From NCBI GenBank assembly GCA_977017645.1, contig OZ360224.1, positions 44,702,001-44,766,000 of the forward strand: a stretch of 64,000 nucleotides of DNA. Direction: 5' to 3'. Every line of letters begins with the position of its first letter. Position 1 is the stretch's first letter. Position numbers and translations under genes: made by a program. The notes beneath the pieces are model-generated. The model did no database searches and was not told the DNA's origin. It saw only the letters and a list, made by a program, of their open reading frames with translations. Below are positions 45,226 to 60,103 of this stretch, in pieces. This DNA comes from Torpedo marmorata (taxonomy: Eukaryota).

Positions 45226-48200
45226 TCCACATACATCTGACTGATCTTGCTCTTCCATTAATTGTTCCCATTGGATGTTTGGAATGCTATGCTCTTTTTC
45301 TACTCTAAATGCTAACATAAAGCATTTCATCCATAATATTGTTAATAATTTTCAAGTGGCTCATATTGGTCTTGTCTACTATCTTTTCCTGAATATAATT
45401 GTAAAAACATGTTTTTATTTTGACATTCTTTGCAATTTATTTTCAAAGTTTGTTTGAGGGCATTTTGCCCTGTAAAAAGGCGCTATATCCTTTGAAAAAT
45501 TTAATACATTACTGATATGACCAAAGTAATTTGTAATAGACCCACCAGCACTTTTCTCCTAACAATTGTCTTGCTGGTTACCATTCTCCACATACTGCAA
45601 TGCAGATGTACAACATTTTCCACCTACTCTCAATCTACATAATCTTATTACATTGCTGTGTTAATGTAATTAAGATTTACTGAAATGCAAATCACCCATT
45701 AAAACTGCTTTGGAATTTTTGCATGTGTCTCTCTTCTCTACACATATATATACTGTATATATATTATAAACTTTGTGCCTGCTGCCAGGGAGTCTGTACA
45801 TAACTCACTCTTTCACGTATACTTTTCTATTTCTTAATTCTACCCATAACATTTCCATTTCTTGAGGGGGTTACCACTTGTTACATCATCTTTCATTATG
45901 AGTGTCTTTATTCTTAACCATAAATGCAAAGGCTTACTCACCATTACTTTCTCCAATTGCCCCTTAAACGTCAAATTCTGGGATAATTAGTTCCTAGCCC
46001 TGGCTATCTTACACCTGTATTTCAATATTGACTTAGTTGTCAGGGCAATAGTTATATTTCAAATGTTGTTAGAACAAGCACTTATTTGTACCACAGTCCT
46101 AGACTTATGCTTCTGGTCTAATATGTTGCTCAGATAATTTTTAAATTATTTCTTCTGGTTTACTTATGTTACACCTTTTAGATTTTCCTTTATCTTTAAT
46201 GCTTAAATTATTATTTCCAATAAACAACGTATATATTTTGTTTGCTTTAGAAAAATATTTTTTTATAATTTTTCCACCCTGCCTTCTCTCCCTCTTCCAC
46301 CCCATTATGTATTGTCCTCTTGACCATCTTAGTTATCTTATCCACTAGGACTCTGTGCCCACCCCAATCATACATGTCCTTCTAGTCCCTGTACTGCTCC
46401 CAGTCCATTCTTGTATTCCTTGTTGATATCCCTACTTTATTCACTGATACGTCAATGTATATATGACACAAGAATGTGATTTTTGAAGTTCTTTTCTTTA
46501 TTTCCTTGTTCCTGATATTCTTCACATAAATAATCTTGATTAACTCTTTCTCTGTGTTGTTCAGGTCACATCTATATCTCCTCTCCAAATATCTTTGACT
46601 CCCTTGATAAAGGTAATTTCCCTTTCCAAGTATCATTATGCTGAAACAAATATAAATGTGCCTTATATTTTAATGCCATTTCTAATATGAAAAGGGGAAA
46701 CTACAATTGTATACTAACTGTGACATAATAAATATTTTCATGAATTTATCGTTGCATTTTTATTCTTTAACATGTGCCATTATTGATAAAATGTAACATT
46801 ACACTGAAGTTCTTGTGGTTAATATATCAACACTGGCAATTAAAATGAATCATGTATAAGTACTCTTTGATTGTTTTCTTTTCTTTTAACTAACTGCATG
46901 CATTCATTTCTTGTTTATCCTCTCATTATGTACTGCTTCATATGTATTTATTTTAAATTTCTTCTGACATCTGTCTGCCATTCTGTTCAACATCTGCCTG
47001 ACATTCTTATCAACTATCTACGTTTCCTTTGCCAAATCTAGTTTTGTTTTGTCAACAAGCTCTGAGTTGAGCAGGATGTCCTTCATTGGTAAAAATGGAT
47101 ACATTTAAGATTAGTTATGGTGTTAATTTTCAGGTCACTTCATAGACATTCAACCAATTATTGGGTGAGTGACACATTTAGTCATTGTGTGGCTAACAAA
47201 AACAGACCATTGGTATTTTGATTTTGTTACTATTGAGCACCTATTTCAGGAGCTTCCTGCATAGTTTTGTCTTCCTGGGCAGATCAGCTGTGATCCCTGC
47301 TCTGCTCAATTTATGTTAGAATGGACAAAGCCAAAAATCTGAAGCTAAAGAAACTTGACAGAGACTGAATTTGTGGACATGCTGGGAGAGACTGGCGTAA
47401 CAAAACAGGGTGCTCTGAGAGATGGTGCTGGCTTGTCTTTGACTTTCTCTAATTTTGTTCTCTCCAGCACAAACAAGAGAGCTTCTACTGATGAGATAGT
47501 GGGATTGAAATTGCTTGATCTCTATTGGCATGTATGACTACAAGAGATGGGGTGCGGTGTAAACTTTTAATAGCAGTTCATTTATTTTGACAGAAGCTCA
47601 GCAAAAAAAAGTTATAGAAACAGTGCAAATATACACAAATATCACCTTTTTTAACACTGATATTCCTGCAAATTGCAGTTGGCAATCAGACCTCTCAACA
47701 ATGGACTTTCTCAAACTGGCCCACGTTTACTGGGTTCGTATGGGTAGGGGGGCTTTGAGAAACAGTTTGAATGAATTTATTGAATGGACAGGAAAAATGG
47801 ATTTTTCTGGTTGGGAACCATTAATAAAAAACATATCAGAAGAAATGATTGGGAAGACTCTGAGACAAGAGATGATGACAAAAGCCTTTATGCAACAGAT
47901 GAAATGTTCTATTTTAGGAAGTCCTTGAGACAGACCATTATATATTTTAAAGAAAAATGGATAAATAGTCAGCAAGATAATGGAGAATTGACTTCGGAGA
48001 AATTAGTTTTTGGATAATTCCAGCAAAAGTCGTTCTCATGTGAAGGACAGTATTATCAATATTTATAATGCTCTGTAGGAGCAATATTATGTATCCACAT
48101 GGTGTCTTCAAAGAAACAACATATCTCGGTACATTAGAAGACTGTTCCTAAAGATGGGAGGTATTAAAGCAGATGACCCAATCTCATCTCATGAGTTAAA

Positions 48201-49107
48201 TTTAAAGATTGACTTAAAGATGAAAAGAAAGTTAGAGAGACATGACTATATAAGGAGGGATTTACAAAACATGGGATTTTGGCAGCTGAGGGCCCACACC
48301 AAGTCCAGGAACAATTAAATTTGTGGATGATCAAGAGGCCAGAATAGAAGGAGGAGTACTGATATTGCAGAGCAGGGCCTGGTAAAGATGACAAAGAACA
48401 GTAAGGAGCTTTAAAAAAAATAGGAATTTTACAACAATGGTGACAATTTGAAAATTATGTTGTTGATTCACTTAGTGTCCAGTGGAAATGACACAAGTTA
48501 TGGCACACCCCACAAAGTTTTAATTGTGAGGTTAGAATGAGGGTGGTCAATGATTGTTGGAAAATGGAAATTTGTTTCATTGTAATCATCAAACTACAAC
48601 AATTTTAAAAGTTATTTTAGGCTAGTAATGAGATTGTTTCCTGTTTAGCTGGCAAAACTGTAACATGTTATTAAGGTATTCATATGTCTCAAAAAAGAAA
48701 CAAAATGAAGTAAACAGTGAATGCTTTCACTGCACATGTGAATATTCTCCAATCTACTCAAGTCATTCCACAGTTAAATCCTCAATAGAAGTTGTGGATT
48801 AAACATCTGGAAAAGCCAAGTTATAGAATAGAAATACTGTGATAATGCATAAACTGTGATTCTTCATGATTTTTTACAGCTTGAAGATAATGAAACATCT
48901 TAGTTAGAATTCTACAGAAAGCACACACTACTTGTAACAGTGTTATATAATGTTGTTTCATAGTGGGAGGGTTCAAATGTTTTTTTGGGCACCACCCATA
49001 CTAATACACAATATGTGTCTATGCACCAACACACACAAGAAAGCATTCACAATGTCTGAATTATTTGTTTCTCTTTACCATATTTATTCAGATAATTTTG
49101 ATGATTT

Positions 49108-49750
49108 TGAATCAGAATCAGAATTTATTGTCATGAACAAGTCACGAAATTTGTTGTTTTGCGGCAGCATCACAGTGCAAACATTCATATAAACCACCTT
49201 ACAAAAAATAAATAAAAATAGTGCACGAAAAGTCAAAGTAAGGCTGTGTCTTTGGTTCATTGATCATTCAGGAATCTGATGGAAGTGGGGAAGAAGCTGT
49301 CCTTATGCTGCTGAGTGCTCGTCTTCAGGCTGCTGTACCTATTTTCCCGATGCTAGCAGAGTGAAGAGGGCATGGCCTGGGTGGTGGGGTCCTTGAGGAT
49401 AGGGGCTGCTTTATTAAGACACCGCCTCTTGTAGATGTCCTCAATGGAGTGAGGTCTGGTGCCCGTGATGTCGCAGGCCAAGTTAACAATCCTCTGGAGT
49501 TTTTTCTTGTCCTAAGCGTTGGCACCTCCGTACCAGGCAGTGATGCAACCAGCCAGAATGCTCTCCACGGTACACCTGTAGAAGTTTACGAGAGTCTTCG
49601 GTGACATACCAAATCTCCTCAGACACCTCACAAAGTATAGCCGCTGGTGAGCCTTCTTCGTGTTTGTATCAACATGGAGGCTCCAGGACAGATCCTCAGA
49701 GATGTTGACACCCAGGAATTTGAAGTTCTTGACCCTCTCCACTACTGAGT
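49108..49750 (-). mobile_element. 5'-truncated Rex1/Babar-clade LINE
   Basis: ERVKNFKFLGVNISEDLSWSLHV..KKAHQRLYFVRCLRRFGMS..FYRCTVESILAGCITAWYG; 3' end AATAAA plus (TTCTGA)n tail. Confidence 0.9.
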
Positions 49751-52700
49751 ATTTATTAATTTAAACATGGTTATTATTATTTTTAATTATTATTATTAAT
49801 ATTAATTTAAGCATAGTTAGAAAGTGCAGGTTTCACTTTTATTTATTAAAGGTCAAATTTTCATTCTATTATTGTGGTTAATATTCAGATACACATCAGC
49901 AGTTTTGCTAATGTGTGTGCACATGTGTGGGGAAAGGGTAAACCTTTACATATTTGGAATGGTTGCATGATTCCCTTTCTGTAGGTGGCATTGCTTTAAT
50001 GGTTATTGTCTTTAATGCTGGATTGGGTATTCTTGGTCTTCATGGAAACTTTTACTCATGGGAAATCTCAGATATTAGGTTATCAGAAAAACTGTTCCTA
50101 AAGATTAGAAAATATATTTTGTATTTTGACTTCAATAAGGCAAATCATTTTATTTTAAATAGAAAACAAATGGTTATTTCCTATTAACAGTCATGTTAAA
50201 TTGATTACAATATCTGCCGTGGACTCTCAAACATTTGGGAATGAATAATAGTTCAACCCCCATTGCACAATGGGTATCGATTATATAAACACTTTTTCAA
50301 TAAAAAAATAGAACAGGGAATAACTAGCCCAGCAACTAATTGAAAAAAAGAGCAATGTGTTGACCTTGGTCAATGTTAGATAACATAACTATAAAATAAT
50401 AATCTTTAGAGAAATTTAATTTCATTAATGGATTATCACCATAATCATATTGTAACATTCACGGATGTATTTTAAGTCTTCATTGGAAATTACTTCCACC
50501 CATTAATTTACTCAATATTTCATATTCGTTATGCAATTATTATTCCCATTTTGCATTTCTGTGACGAAGGATTAAACTTGTTTGACATTAGAGAGATTTT
50601 GTTGCAGGAAAATAAAAATATATGTGCCTTCATTGTTTTGGAATTAAATAAAGTGCTAGCCAACCGAGAAAAGTTGCAGCTAATGCTTAATGGTAAAATA
50701 TAGAATGGCTCCGTTTCCAAAGTGAGGTTAACGAGATGGTCAAGAGTCATTGTGCCGTATTTTGTGTGGGAATAGCTGCCTGGGACTTTTTAAAGTAATT
50801 TACTTAACAGGAAATGAGTTGGTCCCAGAAGAGAGAGCAAACGAGGAGAGTTAAAGTAGCCAGCGTGATAAATGACGCTTTCATTTAGGGATCTCTAGAG
50901 CTCGTTTAAGTCTAATTTTCCGTATTAGCCCCTGTTGAGCTATTAATATAGTACTCAGGGACCGTGGCTTCTGTCTGGGCAGAGACATTACAGCTAACAT
51001 TAAAACACTCTCTTGATTTCAATGTGGAGATAATGGAAGGTGTTTAAAATGTTTTGTTTTACTAATACAGATTGACAGAGGGATGTACATATGATTTGCA
51101 GAGTTTGGTCAATGAACAATCAATAAAGAGATAATGGGAATTTTGTACGACTTTAATCGATTAAAGTCGAGGAAAACGGGGGTAGGTAGTGCTTATAAAA
51201 ATAGTTGTTAAAACGTTTTTATTTGATTATCTTGGCAGAATTTTCATGTCGAACGGGAATTTTATAAAGACTGAATTGATTGTCTAGTTATGCACTTGGT
51301 CTAAAGGTAATGGGGCTAAGTATGTATCGATGACCGCATTATTGCAAAATATTGTATCACACAGAATTATTGAATGTTAATGTGCATTGAATTTTCACTC
51401 AAAATGGACAAGAAAATTCCCTTAAAACTTTTGTCGATGTTATTTTCGTACACACTTCTAGTCTCATCAGTAGAAATATCCATTCCCAGATTTTCACATG
51501 CTCTGTGTCATCCAGATATTCCAAGCGTACAAGCCCAACTCCAGAAATATTTGAGGATAAATAAATCCTGATAATTACGGAGGAAATGCATCTGCATCAG
51601 GATTGCTATTGAGTAGCTGTTGTGTTGTTTGGAATCTGCGGGATAAATTCGCGCCTTTGCTACATTAAATGTTCAGTCATTCTGGGTTATTATTATTACA
51701 TTAACTCCATAACGATTGCATATACGCTTGTAACATATTTACACATTGCATTACAAAATCACACTGAAGGAGTGCAAGCTGAACATTCTGAACACGTTAG
51801 GAACTGAGGGCTTCAAGCTGCGTTTTGGTCGTGGTCCATTGGTTTGCGATTTCTTCTAGTCGTTTGAACGCTATCAAGTTTGTTGTCGAATTACATTTCA
51901 AAGCACAATCTGCTCATAATTATTAACAAATGAAGCAAGTATTATTTTCCATATTGATGATCTGTAAGAGAAATTAACGTGACAACGTGCCTTAGAGATA
52001 TTCTAAAACCAAATTAGCAACGTAATATTACAAGACTAATAAATATGATTGAAAGCACTTAAACCGAACCAGTGCAATAGTGGTTTATGGTTCATTTCGG
52101 TATGTTAATCATTAGGCGAGGGTATTTATAAAACGACAGTGTATTTCTGTTTATTGGATTAATGTTTGTCATTTCTTCTGAAAATAATTATAATAAATAA
52201 GCAGTCAGAGATACAAATAGATTACTGGGCTTGTAGTTCCTTATTTATACCTAATGTGGGGATATTTACCATCCAATTTATGAATATTTATTTTCGCAGA
52301 TGTTGTGTGGCTCATTTTAAGAACATTGCAATTCAGAGCTGATTAGTCCCAAAAGCCCTCTGCCTTATATTTGCCAGCACCTGCAGCAAATTGTAGATTG
52401 TGGACAATTCTTCCAGCTTTTAACACCAGGACAACTTCCTGGGAGCACTAACCCTACCATGCTTATGAACAAAAAAATAAAAATAAAGTAGTAGCTTCAG
52501 TAGGTCACTTGTTACAGATATTGGAGTGGTCTGAGCTTACAGTGACTGTGTCCAGCATTTAGTTTTAACATGCTTCGAAAACATCTGACAGATTCAGGAA
52601 TGTCTGCACTTCCAATAGAACCAGCCACCACTAGAATTTCAGATCTCTGTTGGTTTTAAACATATTGCAGCACAATTTGCTTTGATTTGGAAAATTCGTG

Positions 52701-53944
52701 TTCGAATTTATGATGTTATATTTTGGAGCACAGGGAAAAGCGGTTAATTAAGAAATGCTTTAGGATTTTTAAAAAAAATATTTCCCACTTGTGTCCAACA
52801 AACGATTATGTAATTTACACTTTTAAAACTTTTACATGGTCTCACGATGATAGTATTCCTGCATTTTACCTCGCAAAAATAAAGCAAGCAACTGGTACTT
52901 GACTAAGCCAATTTTCTACGCCGAGGTTCACTGACAAGATGTTTTAATTTGGCGAGGGGAGGAGGATGGGTGGAAGTGAATTCATAATGGCTACGTTTGG
53001 CAAGTGAGTGGATGCGTGCCCATACATCATTGTGCCCAGACATACTCCAATCGAATGGTAATGAGTGTGATCGAACAATAAACATTTCGTTGGCAGTATT
53101 TTTAGTATGGATCAACTGTAAGGCCAACTCACACCGAAAATGCAGCCGTAAATAATTCGTTATCTTGCCTAATGATTCAAAATTGGCCAGATATCCAACT
53201 TTACAATTAAAAATTGTTGTTGTTCGATACTCGTTCTCGAGTAAAGCCGTCGTAGCGATGTATACGAAGCTCTGGTGATAAACTTGTATAACGTCCACTC
53301 TCTGGAGTCAAACACAGTCACCAGGGTTAATCTCAAAAGTGAAGAAGCAAAAATCAGGAGATTTAAATTGAACTGGGATTATTAGCGGTAGCAACACCAT
53401 TACCGGTTCACAAGCCGCAGTTCCACATAATATGGAAACACATAAGGACTGGAAGAGTAGAACCCAGCAGCAAAAAAACAAAACGTTACCTGACGTGGAA
53501 ATTGATACGTGGCCCGAGCGTGGATTTGTAGGAGAAATCTTAGCACAGTTTGCCTTATGCTCATTGAAAAGTAAAGTTGTGGCTAAATATCGAAAGGATC
53601 CAAATTCACTGTTATATATTCAGTTCTTAGTTTAAAACCTGTTTGGCGAATTGCAAGGGGGAAATATCAAGATCGGAGTTAAGGGACCAGTCATTAAAAA
53701 CAATAATTTTGAAACATCTTATTCTAAATCATCTAAATCTATAAAATTTTCTCAACACATTTTCTATGCCAATTGAAGGAAAATGCTCAGTAAGGTACAA
53801 CTGAGCCTCATAATGTGAACAAGCTGAATTACTATGACGTCAGAATGACTATCTCTTGCAGCTGCGTATTTGAATTCTCTTGCTTCACACTCCAATAACC
53901 ACAGAACCAACAGCACAGAAACATCCTGTCTGCGCTGAACTATT

Positions 53945-54173
53945 TTCAGGCCAAGTCCCATGGAGCTGCACCCGGACCATAGCCCTCTATACCCCTCCCA
54001 TTCATGTATCTACCAAATTTCTCTTAAATGTTGAAATTGAACCGGCATCCACCACATGGGCTGGGGGCTCGTTCCACACTCTCACCACGCTCTGAGTGAT
54101 GAAGCTTCTCCAAATGTTCCACCGAAACATTCCACCTTACACCGTTAACCCATGTCCTCTAGTTCTTGTCTCA
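53945..54173 (-). mobile_element. CR1-like LINE 3' region running into the assembly gap
   Basis: CCATAGCCCTCT..CTCTTAAATGTT..CATCCACCAC..CTCGTTCCACACTCTCACCAC..CCCATGTCCTCTAGTT resembles the reverse complement of the CR1 3' region at 9300-9500. Confidence 0.7.
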
Positions 54174-54273
54174 NNNNNNNNNNNNNNNNNNNNNNNNNNN
54201 NNNNNNNNNNNNNNNNNNNNNNNNNNNNNNNNNNNNNNNNNNNNNNNNNNNNNNNNNNNNNNNNNNNNNNNNN
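54174..54273. other. Assembly gap (100 N)
   Basis: Exactly 100 consecutive n, typical of a scaffolding placeholder of unknown size. Confidence 0.99.
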
Positions 54274-54820
54274 AGATTCTAGCCAGCTATCCTTGTCCAA
54301 TGTCAGAACGATCACAGAAGCTTCCCCATCAATATCCTTGGGATCATCATTGACCAAAATATATACTTGGCTGCAAGAGCAGGTCAGAGATTGGGCTTCT
54401 GGGGGGAATTACTCATCACTAGATACTTAAAAGCTTTCCCACTAATTTCAAGGCACCAGAACATGATGGAATGCCTGACTTGCCTGAATGAGCACCAATG
54501 CCTTTGAAGAAGCTCCAAGAAAAAGCTTGATCCAAGACAAAGCTTGACCCATTTCAATGCATCGTTCATTCATTGCCCATACCACTAGCATTCCGTGGCT
54601 GTAATGTTTACCATCTACAATATGCACAGCAGTTGCTTGTCTCAGCCACACCAGCAACACCAATGAAACCTCTGACCACTACCACCAAGAATAACACAGG
54701 CAGCTATTGCACAGACACACCAGTGCCTGCAGGTAACCTGTCAATTTGTGCACCATTCTAATTTATAAATATATTGCCCTTCAATTGTCATTGCTGGATC
54801 TAAAGCCTGGAATGCCTTAT

Positions 54821-56345
54821 CCAAGTCAAGTCAAGTCAAGTCAAGTCAAGTTTATTATCATCTGATTGTACAAGTACAACCCAACGAAACAGCTTTTTTT
54901 CTGTCCTCGGTGAAAAACATGCAGAAACACTAACCAGACATAACACACTTACAGACAAACAATATATATGCAGGACAAATATTTCATCAATACAAATAAA
55001 TAAATAAATATTGTTTTGTACATATGAGAGTTATGAGAGTCTCGGATGGTTAGTGTGAGCAGTTCCTTTGGTTGTTCAGCATTCTCACTGCCTGTGGGAA
55101 GAAGCTGTTCTTCAGCCTGGTGGTGCTGGCTCTGATACTCCTGTATCTCTTCCCCGGCGGGAGCAGCTGAAAGATGCTGTGTGCAGGATGGAAGGGCTCC
55201 TCAATGATTTTGTGCGCCCTCTTCAGACAATGATCCTGGTAGATCACGTCGATGGGGGTGAAGGAGACTTCCGTGATCTTCTCTGCCACTCTTATGGCCC
55301 TGTGGATTGACCTTTGATCCATTTCTCTGCAGCAACCGTACCACACTCTGATGCAGCCGGCCAGGACGCTCTTGATAGAGCACCTGCAGAAGGTTGACAT
55401 AATGGTGGCCGGTAGCCTTGTCTGCTTCAGTCTTCTCAGGAAGTGCAGTCACCGTTGCGTCTTCCTGACAAGTGAGGAGACGTTGAGTGTCCACGATAGG
55501 TCACTAGTTAAGTGAACTCCAAGGAACTTGGTACTCTCCACTCTCTCAACTACAGAGTTGTTGATGTGTAGTGGAGGGTGGGCATTCCTGGTCCTCCTGA
55601 AGTCTACGATCATCTCCTTCGTCTTGTCCACGTTGAGACTCAGGTTGTTAATCTCGCACCATTTCACAAGATTTTCCAACTCTTCTCTGTAGTGCGACTC
55701 ATCGTTGTTGCTGATGAGGCCAACTACTGTTGTGTAATCTGCAAAGCTGATGACACTGTTGGAGCTGTATCTGGCGATGCAGTCATGGGTCAGTAGCGTG
55801 AACAGGAGCAGGCTGTGCACACAGCCCTGAGGTGCGCCAGTGCTCAGCGTGATGGTGCTTGACGTTCTGCTACCGACCCGGACAGACTGTGCTCTTTCCG
55901 TTAGGAAGACCAGGATCCAGTTTCAGAGGGGGGTGTTGAGTCCCAGCGAGGACAACTTCTCCACCAGCCTCTGGGGAATGATCGTATTAAACGCCGAACT
56001 GAATCGCGTATGAGGCGTCGTTCTCCAGGTGGGCCAGGACAGAGTGAAGCGACAAAGCTATAGCATCGTCTGTTGAATGGTTTCTTCTATAGGTAAATTG
56101 AAATGGGTCCCGCATCTCTGGGAGGTGTGCTTTGATGCGTTCCATCACTAGACGCTCGAAGCATTTCATAAAGGTGGAGGTCATTGACACAGGGCAGTAG
56201 TCACTGAGGCCTGTTATTGTCGCCCTCTTGGGAACCGTGGTGATGGTGGCTGACTTGAACCCTGCATGAACGATGAACTGCTGCAGTGAGTTGTTGAAGA
56301 TGTCTGTGAAGACTGCTGCAGTGAGATGTTGAAAATGTCTGTGAA
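54821..56345 (-). mobile_element. Rex1/Babar LINE (duplicate of 17002-18526)
   Basis: Identical ORF translations at +37,819. Confidence 0.88.
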
Positions 56346-56990
56346 TATCCAATAACATTGTGGGAGGAGTTCCATTAGAAGGACCACAGCAATATACTGT
56401 AAGGCTGAATTTCATCACCATCTTATCAATGCTGAATAGAGATTGGCAATAAATGCTGGCCTTGTCGGTAACACCCAAATGCCAAAAATGATAAGTAGTT
56501 ATTCTTACCATTACATCAGAAGTGGACATAGGTGTGACAGGTGACTTGGTAAAAAGAAGATTAAGCAATAGCTTCATTTGTAGTGGATCCTTCACATGGG
56601 CTACTATGAACATAATGACTGAGGACTTAGCGAATGTTGAACTCAAAACGCCTACACCTCATATTTGTACTTGCATTGAAGTTGATTGATCAGTTTAATT
56701 CCATTATTAACAATCTAGTTGTTGCCAGACTGATGCTATAATACTGTAAATGGTATTATTCAATGGTACCAAAGGAATTGCTCACACAAACCATCCGAGA
56801 TTCTCATATTTTTGAAACAATATTTATTTGTATATATGAATACTTATCCTGCATGTGTGTTACGTCTGGTTGTGTGTCTGTGTGTTATGCACCGATGACC
56901 AGAGAGCACTGTTTCATTGGGTTTTACTTGTGGAATCAGATGACAATAAACTTGACTTGATCTTTTCTTAACCTGCATCAGTATATTAAG

Positions 56991-58070
56991 TGAAACATGA
57001 TAGGCTGCAGACGCTGTGATTGTAGTACAGTAAACACACTGAAATGCTGGAGGAACGCAGCCGGTCTTTTCAGGATTTATAGGAGACAAAGATATATTGA
57101 CGACGTTTCGTGCCTGAGCCCTTCTTCAAGGAAAAATCAGAAAAGGCAGAAGCAGGATATATCAGAAAGTCTCAGAATTCAAACAATGGGGGAGGAATCC
57201 AGACCAACAAAAGGTATTAATTGGATATGATAAGGGACTAGGTATCATGTCTGTGCGAAAGGAGACAGGGAAAGGAGAGATGACGGGGAAGAAGTGGGTG
57301 GGGGGGTGGGGTTTAACGAAAGCCAGAGAAGTCGATATTAATGCCATCCGGTTGGAGGGTGCCCAGTCGGAAGATGAGGTGTTGTTCCTCCAATTTACGG
57401 GTCGTCTCATTCTGGCAGTGCATGAGACCATGGACAGACATGTCGGCAAGGGAATGGGATGGAGAATTGAAATGGGTGGCCACTGGGAGATCCACGCTAT
57501 TGGGGCGGACAGAGCTGAGGTGCTCAACAAAGTGATCTCCCAGTCTGCGTCCAGTCTCTCCGATGTAGAGGAGACCACAGGGGGAGCACCAGATGCAGTA
57601 GATGACCCCTGCAGATTCACAAGTGATATGTTGATTCACTTGGAAGGACTGTTTGGGGCCCTGAATGGTGCTGAGGGAGGAGGTGTGTGCGCAAGTGGAG
57701 CATCTCCTGTGGTCACAGGGGTAGGTCCCAAGGGAGTCACGGAGGGAGCGGTCTCTGCAGAAGGCGGAGAGGGGAGGAGAGGGGAATATGTGTCTAGTGG
57801 TGGGATCACGTAGTAGGTGGCGGAAATGGCGGAGGAGGATGTGTTGGATGCAGAGGCTGGTGGGGTGGTAGGTGAGGACAAGAGGAATCCTGTCCTTGTT
57901 GCGTGTGGGGGCGGAGGGGCCAGGGCAGATGTGCGGGTAATGGAGGATATGCGGGTGAGTGCGGAGTTGATGGTGGAAGAGGGAAAGCCACATTGTTTGA
58001 AGAAGGAGGACATCTCTGATGATCTGGCATGGAAGTCCTCATCCTGAGTGCAGATGCGATGAAGACGGAG
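56991..58070 (-). mobile_element. Penelope-like element (duplicate of 19172-20251)
   Basis: Identical ORF 57313..57993 and the same flanking TSD. Confidence 0.9.
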
Positions 58071-58539
58071 ATCAGTATATTAAGAATAGTAAAATATTTC
58101 TGATTGACCTCCCTTCATCTATTTACAGCTCAATTACAACAGCACTTTCTACATGGACGTTGGTGACATAGGCCTGAATGTCTATCGCTTCTCTTATTTT
58201 CTGCACAAAAAGCCTTGCTAAGGAGTAATCAATAATTTGTTATTTCTCACAGGAATACATTAGAAAGACTGGTGTATCTTCAGCCCCTCTGCTAAATCCA
58301 AACCCTCATTAATGACCCTCTTTGTGCACTGCCCTCCTGTCTCAAATGGAACCAGAATCTCTGCAATTCAGTTTCATGGCCCTTCATCAGAAAAGTAGCC
58401 TAATCCTACAACAAGTTGTTCTCCACCAATCCCATGTCATCTTCTTTAATGAGGCAACAGTGTCATTATTTAGGCAACTCCAAATCAACTACCCCAATTG
58501 CTTTTCAGGCTCTACTCCACCTTCACAACTCCATATTAT

Positions 58540-58777
58540 GGGTGGCACTGTTAGCATAGCGGTTAGTGCAACGCTATTACAGCACCAGAAACACGGTTTG
58601 TCTGTAAGGAGTTTGTATGTTCTCCCCGTGACCTGCGTGGCTTTCCTCTGGGTGCTCCAGTTTCCTCCCACCCTCTAAAAACGTACAGGGTTTGCAGGTT
58701 AATCGGTATATTTGGGCAGCAGCAGCTCGTGGGCCAGAACGGCCTGTTACTGTGCAGTAGCTCTGAAAAAAATAAAA
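58540..58777 (+). mobile_element. V-SINE (duplicate of 20721-20958)
   Basis: Same sequence at +37,819. Confidence 0.78.
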
Positions 58778-60103
58778 TCACCAAAACCCAGTTGCCTCTC
58801 TTATCATGTAAATGTCACATTTGTCCATCTCTTTTGGCTCTCAATTTTCTTATTCATTCCAATGTATAAATCTGCCTTAGTTTAAAATCCCTTCATTGAC
58901 CTACTACCTCATCATCATATTTCACACTCCCTGATCCATCAGATTGTATTCTCCTTCCTTTACCTTCAACTCTCATACTCTCTGGAATGTTTCCACAAAC
59001 CACTCTGTTCCTTCAGCTTCTGTATACCTTCTTTTACACTTTCCTTAATATTGTGAGAAACTTTTCATTAAGTTGTTACATATTATTGAATTCCCCACCC
59101 CCTTATAATTCCGTGGAACATTTTACGATGTTAAAGATGCTGCATAAATGCAGTTATTGTGTATTTTTGGCTCTTTGGAAACTTCACAATTAAAGATTAA
59201 CCATAAAGGTTTGATTTCCACTGCCTACATTACAGTTAGACCAATGACGTGGGGCTGCAACATTTTATTGGCTTTGAAGTGGCCTCAAAGCAGGTCTATT
59301 GCTGCACTGGCGCAGGTTGTACATATGATTGATGTTGCGTATCATCCTCCAGCTTAATTCACTTTGTTGCAAAACAATTTAAAATTCTATCAGGCGGGAA
59401 AATGCGTATTTGTTTTGTCTATTATGCTAAAACCAATGAATTGGCTAAGTTTGTTAGAAGATTCCGAGCTGCATATTTTTAAAAAATGGGCCAGAAACAT
59501 GAATCAAGGTTTCTTGTGTTTCTCCACAGATTCCACGCGATGGCACTATTGTGAATAAATGTGTATCAAATTCATGGTGGATCTGGGCCGCGGGAAACGC
59601 AAAATAATTGAAGTAAAAATACAGAACACAATCCAACTAAATAAGGTTTCAAAACTCAAATGTCCGTGGATGTTGTTAGCCATACATCAAACTAGGAAAA
59701 AACTGGGAAGTCTTTAAAAAGAGTCCCGACCTGAAACGTTGCGAGACCTGCTGAGATCCTCCAGCAAATCTGTGACGTTGACTGTCCATTTTTGTCTGCG
59801 AATGCTGCTTGACCTAACCTGACCTGTCTTCAGCTTCTCATGGTTTACACTGGCAAGTTTTTTTTGTAAAATTCTGTGCGATTGCACAAGGTGGCTAATT
59901 TGAATATTTAAATCTTCTTTAAAATGTCTTGAGGAGAAAGGAAGTTTAGCGTCTAGCTGCATTAGTAACATGTCATGAAAATAATGCGATTGTAAACAGT
60001 ATTATTACGTTTAAGTATTTCATTTCTTATTAAAGCGGATGTTATCAATTCTCCAGGAACATTCTGGCCCAGCATTTTTGAGGTGTGATACTGATAAGGG
60101 CAT

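Noticed and set aside
43330-48420. Possible very old LINE remnants at about 43.3-44.5 kb and 47.5-48.4 kb
   Set aside because: Too degenerate to assign a family or boundaries by eye; needs RepeatMasker or an HMM search.
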